From positions 23,064,001-23,128,000 of the forward strand of contig OZ004613.1 of NCBI GenBank assembly GCA_963924565.1: a DNA stretch of 64,000 nt, given 5' to 3'. Source of the stretch: Ascidiella aspersa (taxonomy: Eukaryota). Within the stretch, counting starts at the first letter, position 1, and each line of letters begins with the position of its first letter. Shown here in pieces: positions 11,901 to 25,949 of this stretch. The position numbers and the translations under genes were made by a program. The notes below the pieces were generated by a model. The model ran no database searches and had not been told where the DNA came from. It saw only the letters and a list, made by a program, of their open reading frames with translations.

Positions 11901-13307
11901 TGTTTAAATTTGGCCAGAAAAAGTTAAGTGTGGAACAATGTTGTTCCGGAAAACGTCATAAACACGACTGGTTTACTGTAGCTAAATGATTAACATAATT
12001 GCTAAAAGCGTCGGTTGCTCATTTATTGATAATTTATAATTTGTCTATACTCTATATACTTGTTTGTTTTTTCTTGCCATTTTTTCGTTTAGCAAATAGC
12101 ACGGCGGTTGGCCAATCGTTAGACTATCACTAGAGAATGCCATTTCTTTTAGGATGAAACAAAGCTGCAAGAACTTGTTGCCGTTTATCTCTGGTGCTTT
12201 CTAATTACTTAAATTGTTTTTAAATTCTTTTTAGAAGTATTTATTTTTCATTAAATTATGCAAAGCAAAGCGTTGTTGTTTGTGGCTGTATTTCTATGCG
12301 GATGACATTCAGAGTTAGCTAATTGATATGACCACAGTATATCATAACTGGTTTTGTAGCATTGTACTCGCAGAAATGCACAAAAAACAAGAACTTTTCA
12401 ACATATTATAAACGTTAACCTACCATAAAATAATGAACTATTGTATGAAATAATGAGTTATTTTTAGGCTCCTAAAATGTCTTCTGTTGTAACACGCGCG
12501 CAATTATTTTACGCTGAGTGTTTATCAATGAGTTTCTTGGCACTTTGTTCGATTTGAATTTTACATCCGATCACCACAGACAAGTGGCACCGTGATAATT
12601 TGTGACACATTTCTTTAAACGCTTTATTACTGAGAGCTATTAAAATGTATTTTTCGAGGGCCATCGAGCACCGACTGTCGCTATATAAGTAGTTCGAAAA
12701 ATACGCACCGGGCTATTGATTAAATCGGACTTTTTCATGTAATTTGTTTCTCTTATTTTTCTCTCCCCTGACGTGCGACGAAAACAAGTTTCGAAAAATC
12801 CATAATTTCAAAACGAGCACCAGTCAAGTGTCAGTTGCACTTAGACTAATTGAGTTTCTTTTTGAGTGGCCGAGGTGTGTTTCCACGTCACTTGAAAAGG
12901 CCAAATGTAGCAATTCCCAGTTGCGTTTGCATTTTTTAAAAGTTGTTTGAAATGAACCAACGACAATAGGCCTATTGTTGTTTGCCACGCGCCTGATCGA
13001 ACCGCCCGGAACACATGTTTTCGCGTTTGTAAGCAAGCCCACGCCACCACGCCGCCGGGAAGAGTCGCGTTTTAACGCTTTTAATGCCATCCACGCACCA
13101 CCACCAGCATCGAAATAAAAAAGACGCGGGCGCCGCTGATTTACATACACCTGCTGCTGCGTTGCTGACCAGAAATGTCTCGTGACCGATTTGGATTCTG
13201 CAGGAGGAAACGGGGTTGCCACAGCTGCTGGAAAGACACGGTTGCTTGAGGAGCGAATCAGCGAAGGCAGAAGATTCGACGCGGCGCTGCCTAGGTTTAT
13301 AGTATAG

Positions 13308-13565
13308 TTGGTCTTAACCTATTTCCTTGCTTCACACCTTTAAAATCATCAAACAATTCCCGCACCCCTTTTCAATCACCAACCAATCCTCGCAGTTTTT
13401 TATGTTTATACACGAAAATGATAACACATTAACACAATGCAGTGTGAGTTAGTTTTACATTTAACTGGGCAAATAAATAAATTACGGTAATATATTTTCT
13501 ATGTCTCATTCAGCATCCTCGCATCCCCTTGGAGCAGTTGTCGCACCCCTGGTTAAGAAACCCTG
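13308..13565. mobile_element. Degenerate hAT-like MITE
   Basis: Ends ...ggtcttaacct and ggttaagaaaccctg, with internal cgcacccct repeats. Confidence 0.55.
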
Positions 13566-13808
13566 GTCTATAGCGAAGCACTAGCCCGGTTGACGCGTCT
13601 GTGTTGGCGGTCGGCGGATGATCTGTGCAGCTATTTTAAGTGCACAGTTGTTGCAAAATGCGTCTTCTGACTTCCGGCCGTTGCAGCGCGTTCGGTTATC
13701 TGATTCACCCGGACTTCGACAAGTCACTATACTGTCGTTCAACCGCGTTTTCCCCTCAACTCTGTTCTATTTGCGATCCGAAGAAGGTAGGTCCACTTTA
13801 GGCCTATA

Positions 13809-13812
<4 letters not shown>

Positions 13813-13887
<75 letters not shown>
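13813..13887. repeat. (TG)n microsatellite, about 37 units
   Basis: Uninterrupted TG run. Confidence 0.98.
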
Positions 13888-13888
<1 letters not shown>

Positions 13889-15831
13889 ATGTATATGCAT
13901 ATTCGATCACCCGATGTGCAACTTGTTTACATGACTCGTAGCTAGCAATGACGTCGAAGAACAACTACACGAATTATCTATTTCCGTCTGTTTTTGCTGT
14001 CACGAGGCTGATATGTGATAGACACAGATACGAAACGAATTTACGTATGGCTTTACGCACATATATGTCTTATCGATTTGCTTGTAAAATGTGAAATTTC
14101 AGCATGTCATATAAATATCAGTATATTCCACGCTTCCTTTGTCATATACCCTAAACTGGAACATCTATCGATATGTTTATTTATATTTAATGACTTTAGT
14201 CATTTACGAAGTAATCGAGTATTTTTTTATGAGAAAACAACAAATACCTATTTTCATTTAACTACAAATAAAATAAAAAAGTGACATTCGTTGTGAACTT
14301 TCTAATGTTTAACTTGCACAACATTTCTGCTGTAATGCGCATGGTACCGTCACCAAAGGGTGACTTTCTGAAAATTGTTCTTCTGCACAAATAAATGATT
14401 GAGATTATCATATCATTTTTTGGCTCGGTAAATATTTTTCTGTCTATAGCCTATAGATATCTTAAAATTATATTTCGCGGATTTTTAACATTTGAAGCTG
14501 TAATGTGTTTGATCTAACGGGCCTCCGCAGTTGTTTAACCAAATGCCACCTCTCATAGTTAAGCAAAATTATCGATAACTATTTGTTTGATAACAAATGC
14601 TGAGCCACTGAAAAGTGAATCTTAATTTGGAAAACATCGATTATAAAATTTTGTTTGCATTCTAAAAGTCGGTTTCTATTTTTTGTATCGCTTAGATGCT
14701 TTATCCCCACCTTGCTAAAACGGAGGCTGGTACAGGTGCCGGAGAGGGTTTGGACAGCTAACACACTTTTGAGCTGGATTGTTTTTTCGACCATGTATAT
14801 TTATTTCATTTCGATGACTCTCGCGCACTTTTAAATGTCGGATACTTCCGGCCGGCGGTTGTCACTTGCATGTCGCAAACAACATGAATCACATGTCGGT
14901 CCACTTTTGCCTTGCACCAAAATAAATTGGCGATTTATTAAGATAGCACGTGTTCCTCGCAGACTTTTTGGACAACTATAGATAATTCTAGTTTTCTAAT
15001 TCGATGATTTAGAGCAAATTTCGACTAAATCTAATCTAATTTGTGAATTGCCTGTGTGCTCTAATTTTAGTTCTAATCTATATCGGATTTTTCGAAAAAC
15101 GCTACTTTTTGCAACGGAACTTTAAGTGACTCAATCCTAACAAAGAATTTGAATTAAATCACAACTCGTAGGCGATTGTTACAGCCTGAATAGCATGTAT
15201 ATATAGGCTTTTTTAAAACGTGAAGAAATTAGCACAGAAATATTTGCCGTTTACATTTTTATCACAATCAAATGCGATTTAAACTAAGCTGATTGTGAAC
15301 ACATTTAATTCTAATTCAAAACTCTATAGTTAATATTTTAATTTTCACGAGTTCAGCAATTCAAATTATAATGTAATTTAAAAACACTTGAAATGATCTA
15401 ATTCTAATATATTTTTAAAAACGAAAATCTTTTAATCCTAATTCTAATCTAATTAAAAAAGAGAAAAATAAATCTATCAATATGTTTGCACGTCACCGTT
15501 CACTTTTTCACGCGTTGTTTTGAGTTTCTTCCTGACTGAGTACGCGATTCTTATTTCATTAAGTGTTTGCTTGTGTTTTGTGACGCACAATTTTGGATAC
15601 AACCAATGGATCCGCTTATTTTACCAGTTGGATTAAAGCGTCATGATCTGATCATTGGCCACTGGCAAAATCACTCCTCTTTCGCAGTTTGTCTAGTTGC
15701 CTGAAGTATGTTGACCGCAACTGTTTTGTGTAGAATGAAACTTTACAAAAAGTCCTCTACCTAAAACAATATAAAACTCAGTCGTTCTGTGCATTAGCAT
15801 GGAAATTTGTCCGAAAGTGTTTTGGGTATAC

Positions 15832-16264
15832 CAGTGGTTCACAACCTTTTTAGCTTACGGACCGGTAAAATTTCAAAACAAATTTTGCGGAACGGTGGAG
15901 CTTAATCAACCCAAATTCAAATCAACTCCAAAACAAGAAATTCAAATCAACCCAAAATTTATTAACGCAACAGGCAACTAAATACACTTCTAAGCTTTCT
16001 CATACAACTGGTCTTAAAGTTTAAGACACGAGTTGTAGCCTACTTTTAAACAGTTGGCCAAAAACTTGCAGTATTGTGACGTACAATAAAGTCAAAATCA
16101 ATTCTATGTTACGTCATAATGCTGCAAATTGCGGAGCTGGCGAAGTTCAACATTTCATAGATAAGGCATCAACATCTTGAATTTTGCAATTGAGATACAA
16201 AATTGTAATATATTTTGCGGGCCGGCAGGAAAGTTGACGCTGACCGGCGGTTGAGAACCACTTG
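15832..16264. mobile_element. hAT-like MITE
   Basis: TIRs CAGTGGTTCACAACC / GGTTGAGAACCACT. Confidence 0.75.
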
Positions 16265-17495
16265 TGTATAGCACCAACTATAATTGTATGTCAAAAAAGT
16301 TTCCTTTCAAGCAATTCCTAGGCCTAGGGCAATATATGACTTTGAACCATTGGCGGCTGTAATAGTTAGAACAAGGCTCAACTTTGGGTCACCACCGCTT
16401 TGATTTTTGGGTCATCACCGCTTTGATTAAAAATATTTTCAAGATAAATCTTTTTCAAAAATGTTATCATAATATATGTAATAAATCCATTTCGTCTAAA
16501 AATCTTACGCACTAAACCCAGTTAAAAAATTATAAAATCCGTAACGTTTTATGTTGGAATAAGGGTCGGTCAATTTGTGACAAAAATTTGTGGCTTATGA
16601 TAAAATGAGATAATATAAAACAACTAAACCTTTTGATAAAAATAACTTGAAGTTTCATCTTAGTCTGAAGAATGTTTTTTTACGTAAAAGCGTGCGTCAT
16701 GTTTCTTGGCAAAAAAAAATTTTTTTTTGGAAAATATACCCGAACCCAAAGTTATTTAGGTGTATTATGTGGGATACTTCAGTTATATTTCTCCTAGTGC
16801 CAGTAAAAAGCCTACTAAAAAGGTTGAGAATCATTGTTTAGCTAGGTCATCGATTCATAATAAAGCCGTAAAAAACGAAAAGATTAAAACTGTTTAAGTG
16901 ACTTTTCAGTGCCTGCAAAATGCGGAAACGTGCGTCTCAAAGTTTATTTTTTGACACAAACAAGCAACCGACCGCTGAACTGTTGCAGCAGGAAAACAGT
17001 TCCTTATTCGTCATTTCGCATTCCAGAAACTTGTATGGTAATCGGTTCCAGAGTGCTGTCCGATACACCGGTGGGCGTTAATATACGCGTCTTAAAATGG
17101 CTGTAGAATGTTACGCGTAAGACAGCGCAGCTGGTTTCTTTTTATTTTTGTTGCAGCCCACATATTCTAGAATGCTCCTTACACGCAGACACTGATAACT
17201 AGCTAATTTTAGTTGACTAATGTGTATACTTCCTCTGATCTAATTTTTCGTTTTCAACAAAAACCTCACATGGTGCAACGGTGTTTTTAGATTTTCCATC
17301 GATACAAATTTTCAGCTGCACGTGAATTAAACAGTCAAAACTGCGAATTTTGTTTTTCTAATCTTAGACATCCCCATAACTATAAAACCATGCGATTTAA
17401 TTATATAATTTGTTAAATTAATTAAATATGCTAGTTCATATTTTTTAGTTAAATTTGTATATTTCGCTGAGATATTTAAGACATTTAATTTGAAA

Positions 17496-17975
17496 CAGTG
17501 GGACTCAAAGGTTTTCTTTGCCCGACCCCCTTTTAAATTTTCCTCCATTCGGGCATAGAAACCAGTTTGCAATCATTATATTATACAAGTTGACAAAATG
17601 TTCATAATTTCTGGGTTAGGATATTCCGATTTACGACAGAAACGTGCACAAGTAACGGGAGTTATTTTTTAAGGTTTATTTGCGCCTTAACTTTTTATTC
17701 TGAAAGATTAAAATGTATTGTGTTCAAGTGACGAAACAACAGAAGATTGGCTGTCGTAAGACAGTAAGTTACTTAAACAAAACAATAAGAAATAATTTAC
17801 AAGTTTATGCCAAGTAAAACTAAAGAAATCTTAAAATCATTAAAAAATATTTTATAGCAGTATTGTTTACGTACGTCTTTAAATAATTAATTGTTCATCT
17901 ATTGTGACAAATAGCCCACGGCGACTACCCTGACAACCTATTGCGTCCCTTGTATGTCGATACCTCCGACCACTG
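17496..17975. mobile_element. Degenerate hAT-like MITE
   Basis: Starts cagtgggactcaa, ends ...gaccactg, with an internal cgacccc. Confidence 0.45.
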
Positions 17976-18535
17976 ATTTAGTAGGAGGCGCATCGCGTTG
18001 AGCATGCTAACTAATAAAGTGATCACCATAATCAAACATTACTTAATATAATGGCATTTAAAAACATTAAATATAGGGCCGTTATATACGAACTCAAACA
18101 TGCCGGCGTATCAATTTTTATCTACAACTTCTTCCAGTGCCAAAGTTTCGTAACTAATTAGTTTTAACTTAAAAGCGTTTTTTTTTTACAAAATACGAAA
18201 ACGTTTATTTCACATGATTTTTACACATGAAAAACGGCCCTAAACCTTCCTTCTCAATCGTCAACGAATGAAATCCTGAAACATTTATTAAAAAAGAGAA
18301 TAATAAATTCAGTGATTTTTTACAATTTTTATCCTTGTCAAGTGGACTTTGCAATACACAATTTTGGTTAGTTGTGACCAGTTAAATCTGAAAAACACCG
18401 TATTCAACCGTGGGCAAGTGGCATTAGGTTGCAGCATAAAATTGCGAATGACGAACACACACAAACCTCTTCAACACTGTGCGTGCGTCTGGTAATCATT
18501 TTTCAGCCAGCTGTCTGCGTTTAGGCGCTTTAGCC

Positions 18536-18896
18536 CAGTGGTTCTCAACCTTTTTTCTCTCGTGGCTCATTTTCGTTGCTCAAAAATGCTGTCGCCCAAT
18601 AGTTTTCATGAAAGAACGAACTATAAAAAATGTTTAGAGTAAAAAATAGCGGGTCACATATCAAAACCGATTATTTATTCAATCGTGCATTAGTGAGGTA
18701 CTTGCTTTTGAACAATAAATTTAGGTTTCGTTTACATTCCTTCTCAATTCCTCCACAAGCCATTATTCCTGTAAAATTAAGTATAGTGACACAAATGACA
18801 CTAAATTCTTTAATAAATCGAACTTTTTAAAATTGTTATGTGGCCCACCTCAAAAGTTTCCATGGCCCACCAGTGAGCCAAGGTTGGGAACCGCTG
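18536..18896. mobile_element. hAT-like MITE
   Basis: TIRs CAGTGGTTCTCAACCTT / AAGGTTGGGAACCGCTG. Confidence 0.8.
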
Positions 18897-21800
18897 CTTA
18901 AGGCCTCTGCTCAAAGGCAGGGCGCCGCAGGAAGAAACTTTCATCCAAGTGCCGGAAAATCCTGCACCGGTTTCCCGCCGAACGTCGCCGTTTCTCTCGT
19001 TAAAAAGGCCGGTGATAGTGTGCGTTCAGTTAGAAAAACTTTCCCAGTCGGCCATATGCCAGCGGGTAGCGGCCGATGGAGGCTCAAAGAGTCTCAACTT
19101 TTACTTTTTTCGCAAAAACTAACGACCGCCTTTGCAAGGGCGAGGAACAGTTCGCTAGGCGTATAAGCACGTATGCCGACACCTCACACAAAAGCGTTTA
19201 ATGGACGTGATGTCGTGCTGCTTGCAGTCCTAACGCTCCGTTTGCAAGCTATATGAAATGTTCTTTTGATTCAAACCGGTGTAATATTCCCATCTGTTTG
19301 TAATGCTCACGTGCATTTTGGCCAACTCAGATATAAGTGTCAAGGAATTCTGTTTTTGTCGATTACATATCAAGGCAATTCTGTTTATTATTAATAAATA
19401 TATTATTATTAAATACTTTTATTAAATATATTTATATATATTTTTATTAAATACTTGACAATGCTTCGAAAAGCGGCTGACAAAACGACAATGCTTTTAT
19501 GACGCCAAGTTTGAAAATGCAGTACCCAAAAACAAACGTTGTTTCCTTATTTATCGATCTTAGGTATAGTTGGTACTTGGTAGTGGCCGCAAACTTTTGC
19601 AATAAATCCATACTATATACAGAATAGACAGCAGATACTCGTGGCTAATACTTGATTTGCGCAGCGAACGACGGAGGCCCTTTTCACTGCTTTGGTTTGC
19701 TGAACTGCATTTTTACTTCTTGTCGTATTTCGTTTCTTGCCGTTAAACCTTTACGTTTTCACTTGTAATCACCCATTGTTTTAACTTTTTTGTCAGCCCT
19801 GAAGGGACATTCCTTGGTTTGTAATGTAAGCCGCTTCAAGGCACAAGGACAGTCCAGTATTAGTGATGGTGTGAGATGGCCACTACTTTAGGAACAAGCG
19901 AGCTATAGCGTTTGCACTAGCTGCATTCGCTCAAGAAAGAGCCTCGCCACACGGCCTTTCTCCAAATAATATTTAGTTTTCTAGTATAGTTGTGTGCGTA
20001 CACGAGGTCAGCGACAGGCTGTTAAGCGGGAACAAAATATGGCGTAGCATTAGCATGTGCCTAAACGCCAATTTACCGGTCCAATAGGTGCTGCGTGCGC
20101 TTTCTCTATTGGCGCTGCATTCCACCGCAATATTGGCGGGGTGCGCGCCAGCAACGAGCAAAAGTGAAACCGATATAGTAGGGTAAGGAATCGATTAATC
20201 ATCGCCGGCGAGAAAGCGGCCTGCCGTTTCGCGGGCAGCCGAAGGGCCTTTCGCGGTCGAATGTGTCAGCCGCAGGAACAGGCAAACGCCAAGACGGGGA
20301 AATTGAACGATGACGGGCCATCACGGACCCTTGTTTTTCGCACGCTGAGCAAGTCAAAGAACGAGGCGAAGGACCCATGTGGCACCACCTCTATACGTCG
20401 TTTTTTCCTTGTTACTTGTTTTTTTTTTGAAGCAGCGCAGCTCTCTTTTTTTTCTTTTTTTTCAGCTCTCTTTTTTTTTCTTGGCGCTTTTCACCCTTTT
20501 TTTAAGCGTGACTAAATTGTGTGGCTATTTTAGCAAAACAAATTGTTTGGCAAGTTTAGGACTCTGCTTAAAGAGACATGTATACGACAAAACACATCGT
20601 ACCAGAAGTGTTTTTGCTACGGTTTGTTCTGACCAACGTATTTTAGTCAACATAACTTTTAAAAACACGGTGTCGAAAGCGAAGGTGGACACGTCATAAT
20701 TAATTTTCTTTGAGTTTCAGCTTTTGTGATTGCCCACATATGCTGGACATTTTATTCAGCGATATTTCGAGCTCAACGAAATGGCAAATCAATTTTTCAA
20801 AACAGCAATTTTTCGTTGTAAGCAAGCTCGATTTAGGACGGTTGCTGGTGTTAAAATGACCTTTGAATAATATGAAAATGGCACAAGAAGGGTGAAAAAC
20901 TGGAATCAAATGCAAAGTGGCCAAGGAAAATCCACCTTAACTATGCTTGTACATGACAACTTAGCTGATCGTTACAGGGACTGAAATGCCACAGCCGTAC
21001 ACTCCTATGGATACATCGAACACGTGCGCGTAAAGCGTGGCCAAAAAACAACAGTTTGTCTTATTGATCGCTCGCTTCCTTAACACGCAAGCGCTGCTGT
21101 AGTTTGTAGCAGTGCAAGCAACGTTCACGGTTTACCGGGCACAGGTGCTCACTTGTTCGACTCGTAATAAACGCGTGTCTATTTGACAATTCCACAGAAC
21201 AAATAATGTGGAATGTTAAAACAATAGAACAGAACGTTCGGATTTTGTGTTTGTAACCAATTTGTAGTACTGAAACGGCGCTCTGTTGGGTATTTAAATT
21301 GGGAGCCTGATCTACTGTTATTTTCAATTAAAGACTCTGTCGCACTAAACTGTGTAACGAAATGTGTAACGAAAGGCATCGGGTAAAAAACACAATGTAG
21401 CACATCATTAGTTTCGTAGCCTGTAGAGTTTTATGTTCAAGTACTTACTCTATAATACGAATGACGTAACTTGGCCTTCGAAGGGTTGCGACCGCATTGC
21501 CAGCGTTGTTACTCCCCAAAAACACGTTACGCCACGTGTGTGCTCTTCAGTTGTTACAGTTCGCGTGGGCGACAGTCGTTTTGTTTTTGCTTTTGTTTCC
21601 GCCCCATTGCCCGGATAACTAACGGAGAAGGCACTGAAGGGGGGTTAAAATCGGTACCAGTCACACACACAATGTGCCCGGCACTCGAGCATTCGCAATG
21701 CAAACTCAGGTCACAGTATGGTGAAACTTGTTGGCGCAAGGACGCATGTTAAGTGTGTCCATCTGGCTTGTTCGCGCCCAAAAAACTGCGACGATGTGCA

Positions 21801-24293
21801 ACATACACGAGTTTATGCGCCCGCCTTGAAGGGCCTCCTTTCCTATTCGTGCTTCGCAGCTTTGCTTGTCCTTACCCGTGTAAACAGGACGTTTGCAAAC
21901 TTAGCGAAAACCTGAAGTACGCTATTCTGTATGTTGTTGTTAATCTAAGCCGGATCTTCTATGTATTGTTGTCTAGAGCAGATTGGCAACCTACGACCCG
22001 CCAATGTAAATTACCCGACCAACAAACTCTCCATAAAAACTAGGCACGAGGACATTCCGTAAACTTTTTTACATTTTATTTATTTTTTACATTTTATTTT
22101 ACAACTGCCTAAATGCAAAACAGTTAGTATTTTGATTGGGATCATTGTTGACGCCGTGGGGATTCAAATTTTAAGCCAATAAGAACTGAAGGAAAGCGCT
22201 AGTCAATGCAATCGTGGAAAATTTTGAAGATTGCAAGTCGCTTGCAACACAATATATCGACAAAACTAACTTTTGACTTTCAATGGGGTATTTAAAATTT
22301 CTAGAAAAATCATAAGGTACCCAGTTGCCATTTTTAAATGCTGCGAAAAGCAAAGAGTTTTTAAATGCTGCGAAAAGCGAAAGGGTTGCTGTTGACCGGC
22401 AGTTTGTGATCCCGCGTTTAATGCATTGGGCGGGCATCGCTTTCTTTCGTGGAAGCGCCATCGCCATCGCCAGTTTCATTGGTAAACCGTTCGCGGACCG
22501 CGTGGGTCCCAGTGGGCTTCGCCAAATTTTCGCCGAAATTTCTCGAAATTCCGCTCAGTCCGGAGCGCGCAAACCTTCGCTTGCAACGACAGCTCTGTTG
22601 CAAAACACCGTAGGCAGGCTGGAATCGTGGCCAGTGTCGGGCTGCTAGCGAATTGATTGCTTGGCATCGTGTGTTATTCGATCTGATCGCCATCGCGCTT
22701 GCATGTTGTTTTCGTCGTGCGTAAGTGGTTTCGGCTCTCGGTATAATGATTAGTGTTCGACCATATAGAAACTGTGTTTGACCATATAGAAACACTTGGA
22801 AGTCGAAACGTTGCCATTCTGATGCGGGACAAACACCGCTATTCAATAGTTTGCTGTTTATGTCTTCTAACGTCAAAACCTGTTGTAATGTTTACTTACT
22901 ACAGCTTTTCCAGGAGCGCCATAATTTGGAATAGCACGAACCGTTTTCTGACGCTATGTTGTCCTTAAAATTGATGGCGAAAAAACAGAGAAGCAAAAAC
23001 ATGTATTTTATCGTTTTATAAACTTTTTTTACCACACTGTAGAAGCACAAATCCTGTTACACATTTCTTAATTTGCACATTTCCGCAATGGTTAGACACC
23101 ACGCGCACGAGTTAATGTTCCATTGGGCGTAAACATGTATAACATAAACATTCATCCCAATGTAACCATGTTTATTTTTATACAATTCTGTTAGAAAAGT
23201 TTTGTTGACGGTGAGTGTCTTACAAAACTATACAGTTTGTAATAAATAACTATATTTGTTCCACGAAATAAACATCGCTCAAATCTGACTTTGTAGCTTT
23301 TCCGTGCAGAAAGCCGCGCTTCCACAAGCCAGGTCCAACTTGCAGCAAAACAATGATTTTCAAACAATGTTTCGCGGATTCCTATAGTATTCCGTGAAAG
23401 GTCGCCAGGAGTTCCGAAGAAATTCATTAATTCGAATAAAGTCCCATGAAACACATTTTAGAAATTACTGCTTTACCAAAATGGAATTATTAGTTGTTGT
23501 ATTAGGGAAGTAATTTTCACTATCACCAGTATAAATGTTTCGTAGTGATTTGATCCGCAAATTGTTGGCAATTAGAAGACTCAGTGTGTGATAAAATTCC
23601 AAAAACATGAGCCTAATGCGTATACTACGTGTGATACCACCCGAATTTCAACTTTGTGCTCATCCAAACATTCCCAGACATAGTACTAGATAAACTAATA
23701 TTGAAAAATCTGTCGTTGCGTGGTTAACTTTATCGCATTATTATAAACCTTCGTTTGGTATGACGGGAATTAATTTACTATATAAAGTGTCCTGTGAATT
23801 GAAAGGGGTAAAAAATCTCCGGCGTATAAGGACAACAGTTCACACGTCAGCAAAAATCAGACGGCGTGTCTGTAGCGCGGCGGCCACTGGTTTATTCGCA
23901 GCACTGGCAGTCTCTATAATCCAGACTTGGCGCTCGCGGCCCGCGCCGCCGCTCGTATTTTCCGCGCAGTTGCCATAAACAGTTGTGGGTCGAAAAAACA
24001 ACGCATCGTTCGCGCGCGCTCTGAAAACCAACAAACCTCTCCCGAGTGCCGGCGTTCCCTGCTCTGTAATGCCGTGGCCTTGGCAACTGGGCCCGAGGGG
24101 GTCGGACAACTTGCAAGCGCTTTCGCTACGGGTGCTAAGCGGCGCGTCATCCAAGTGCCTTCTGAACATGGTAACTTCAAAGCAAGCACCTGCGACATGC
24201 GCGTCCTGCGTGTGCGACGGATATGGCGCAACCCCACAGCTTTACAGCTTGCTCTGCGTTTTTTTTAATTTTCGCTGCTACCAGGGCCTATAG

Positions 24294-24602
24294 GAGTGTT
24301 TCTCAACCTTTTATGGCTAGCGGCACATCTCAGAAATAACAAATAGATTGCGGCACCCCTACAAGATTTTTCTGTAGGTAATTCACTATAGAGTGTCATA
24401 ATAATAAACGGAACTGGGACAACACACATCTACTCTACAAAACGTGAGAAGTTATAATTGGATTTATTCCACTCTAATCTTTGCAAAAATTGTGAGTTGA
24501 GTTAAAATCAGATTTCTCAAGATTCTCAAATATCTCTCGTCACCCTTGAGCTTTAAAAATGGCGATCCAGGGTGCCGCGACACCCCGATTTAAGAGCCTC
24601 TG
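24294..24602. mobile_element. hAT-like MITE with 8-bp TSD GCCTATAG; same family as 41477-41782 (opposite orientation) and related to 49726-50046
   Basis: TSD at 24286-24293 and 24603-24610. The internal sequence matches the reverse complement of about 41500-41760. Confidence 0.85.
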
Positions 24603-25949
24603 GCCTATAGTGTTGTAAAGAGTTTTATCATTCCAAGCCATTCCTTTCAATGATCTGACTTTATATATTTAGTGTCAAAATGCACCAACTTTACTTGGTT
24701 CAATTGGTCAAATAAACTGAGGCGGATATTTGCAAATGACTCTTTTCACTGAATAATTGTTACAAGATGTCTGGTTTTGCCTATAGCTTTGTAAAAGTTG
24801 AATTGTTTCTCTGCTCTATGTAAAGTTTTAGGAGTATGTCACTCATCTTTTAGGCTTGGACTTGAATTTACTGATATTGATTATGAACAACGACTTATTT
24901 ACGACATCTGAACCACAGTTTGTGTTACCTTTCTGAGGGGGTAGATTTGCCTGACGTGGGCAACTGCTTTTAAATTGCACTTTTTAAGCAACTTGCGCCA
25001 AGAAATACGTTGAGGAAAGCATGCTCACGCCAAATGGTTAAAATTAGTTGTTTGTCGTGCAATGAATGGAAGATCAAAGTTTGTAAGCCAAATCAACAGC
25101 AACAGGTCTTTGGCGAAACCTACAGTTCACGCGATCGTATAACGGGAAATTTCGCATTTAAAACTGTATGTTTTACATGCTCGCCACTGCGATCCTAAAT
25201 GCGGCGCCGCAAAGTGCAAGTAAAGCAGCGAGCCGAGCCCGAAAAGCGGAAAATCCAATAGGCGCGGGGGCGTTTCCAATTCGGATTGTATTTCCACCTT
25301 TTGGGAGCGTCCGCCAATTATATACAATAATAAAGAATGGAAGCGAGCGGCATCCTCGCGTTTCGACCGAGAGAGTCGCAGCGCAATCGTTGGAGGAGGC
25401 AGATTCGACGTCTATTTGCGTGCTTTCTATTTTTGGTTTGCTTCTCATTGTGTGCGCCCGCCCCTCGATAGCTGGCTGTTTGTTTGTCGGCTTCTGCTGT
25501 ACTCTATTGCTCTTGCGATCTGCATCATAGTTTCGATATTGCTTTACAGGAACCGCCACCCTGAAATATGGCTTTCGGCTTTCCCCGTTAACCCTGTTTT
25601 CGCCAGATGCCTCCTGAATGACTGGCAGTTCGCCACAGTTAATTTTCCCGATCTTGTGTAGGTTATATCAGCCTATTGCTGGGTTCACGTGTGTGTATGT
25701 AAATACAATTTTGCCTCGATTAAACCTTTATTTTATTAGGGTACGTTGATTAGATTACTTTAATAATACCAATTTGGTCTTTAGGAGTCAAAATTCTAAT
25801 GTTTTACTAGAACTTTTTCCATATCTTTAACTTAAAGACCTCATTCTATTTTTTTAATGGATTCCGAAAAAAATGGGGTCTTTCTGTTGTGAGTGAAAGT
25901 GATTTTCCCTCCCTTATTTTAAACCTCAATTACAAACGCAATTAAAGCA

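Noticed and set aside
13618-13941. ORF with poly-(CV), and the hydrophobic ORFs at 25926-26389
   Set aside because: Translations of the TG microsatellite and of U-rich 3'UTR sequence.
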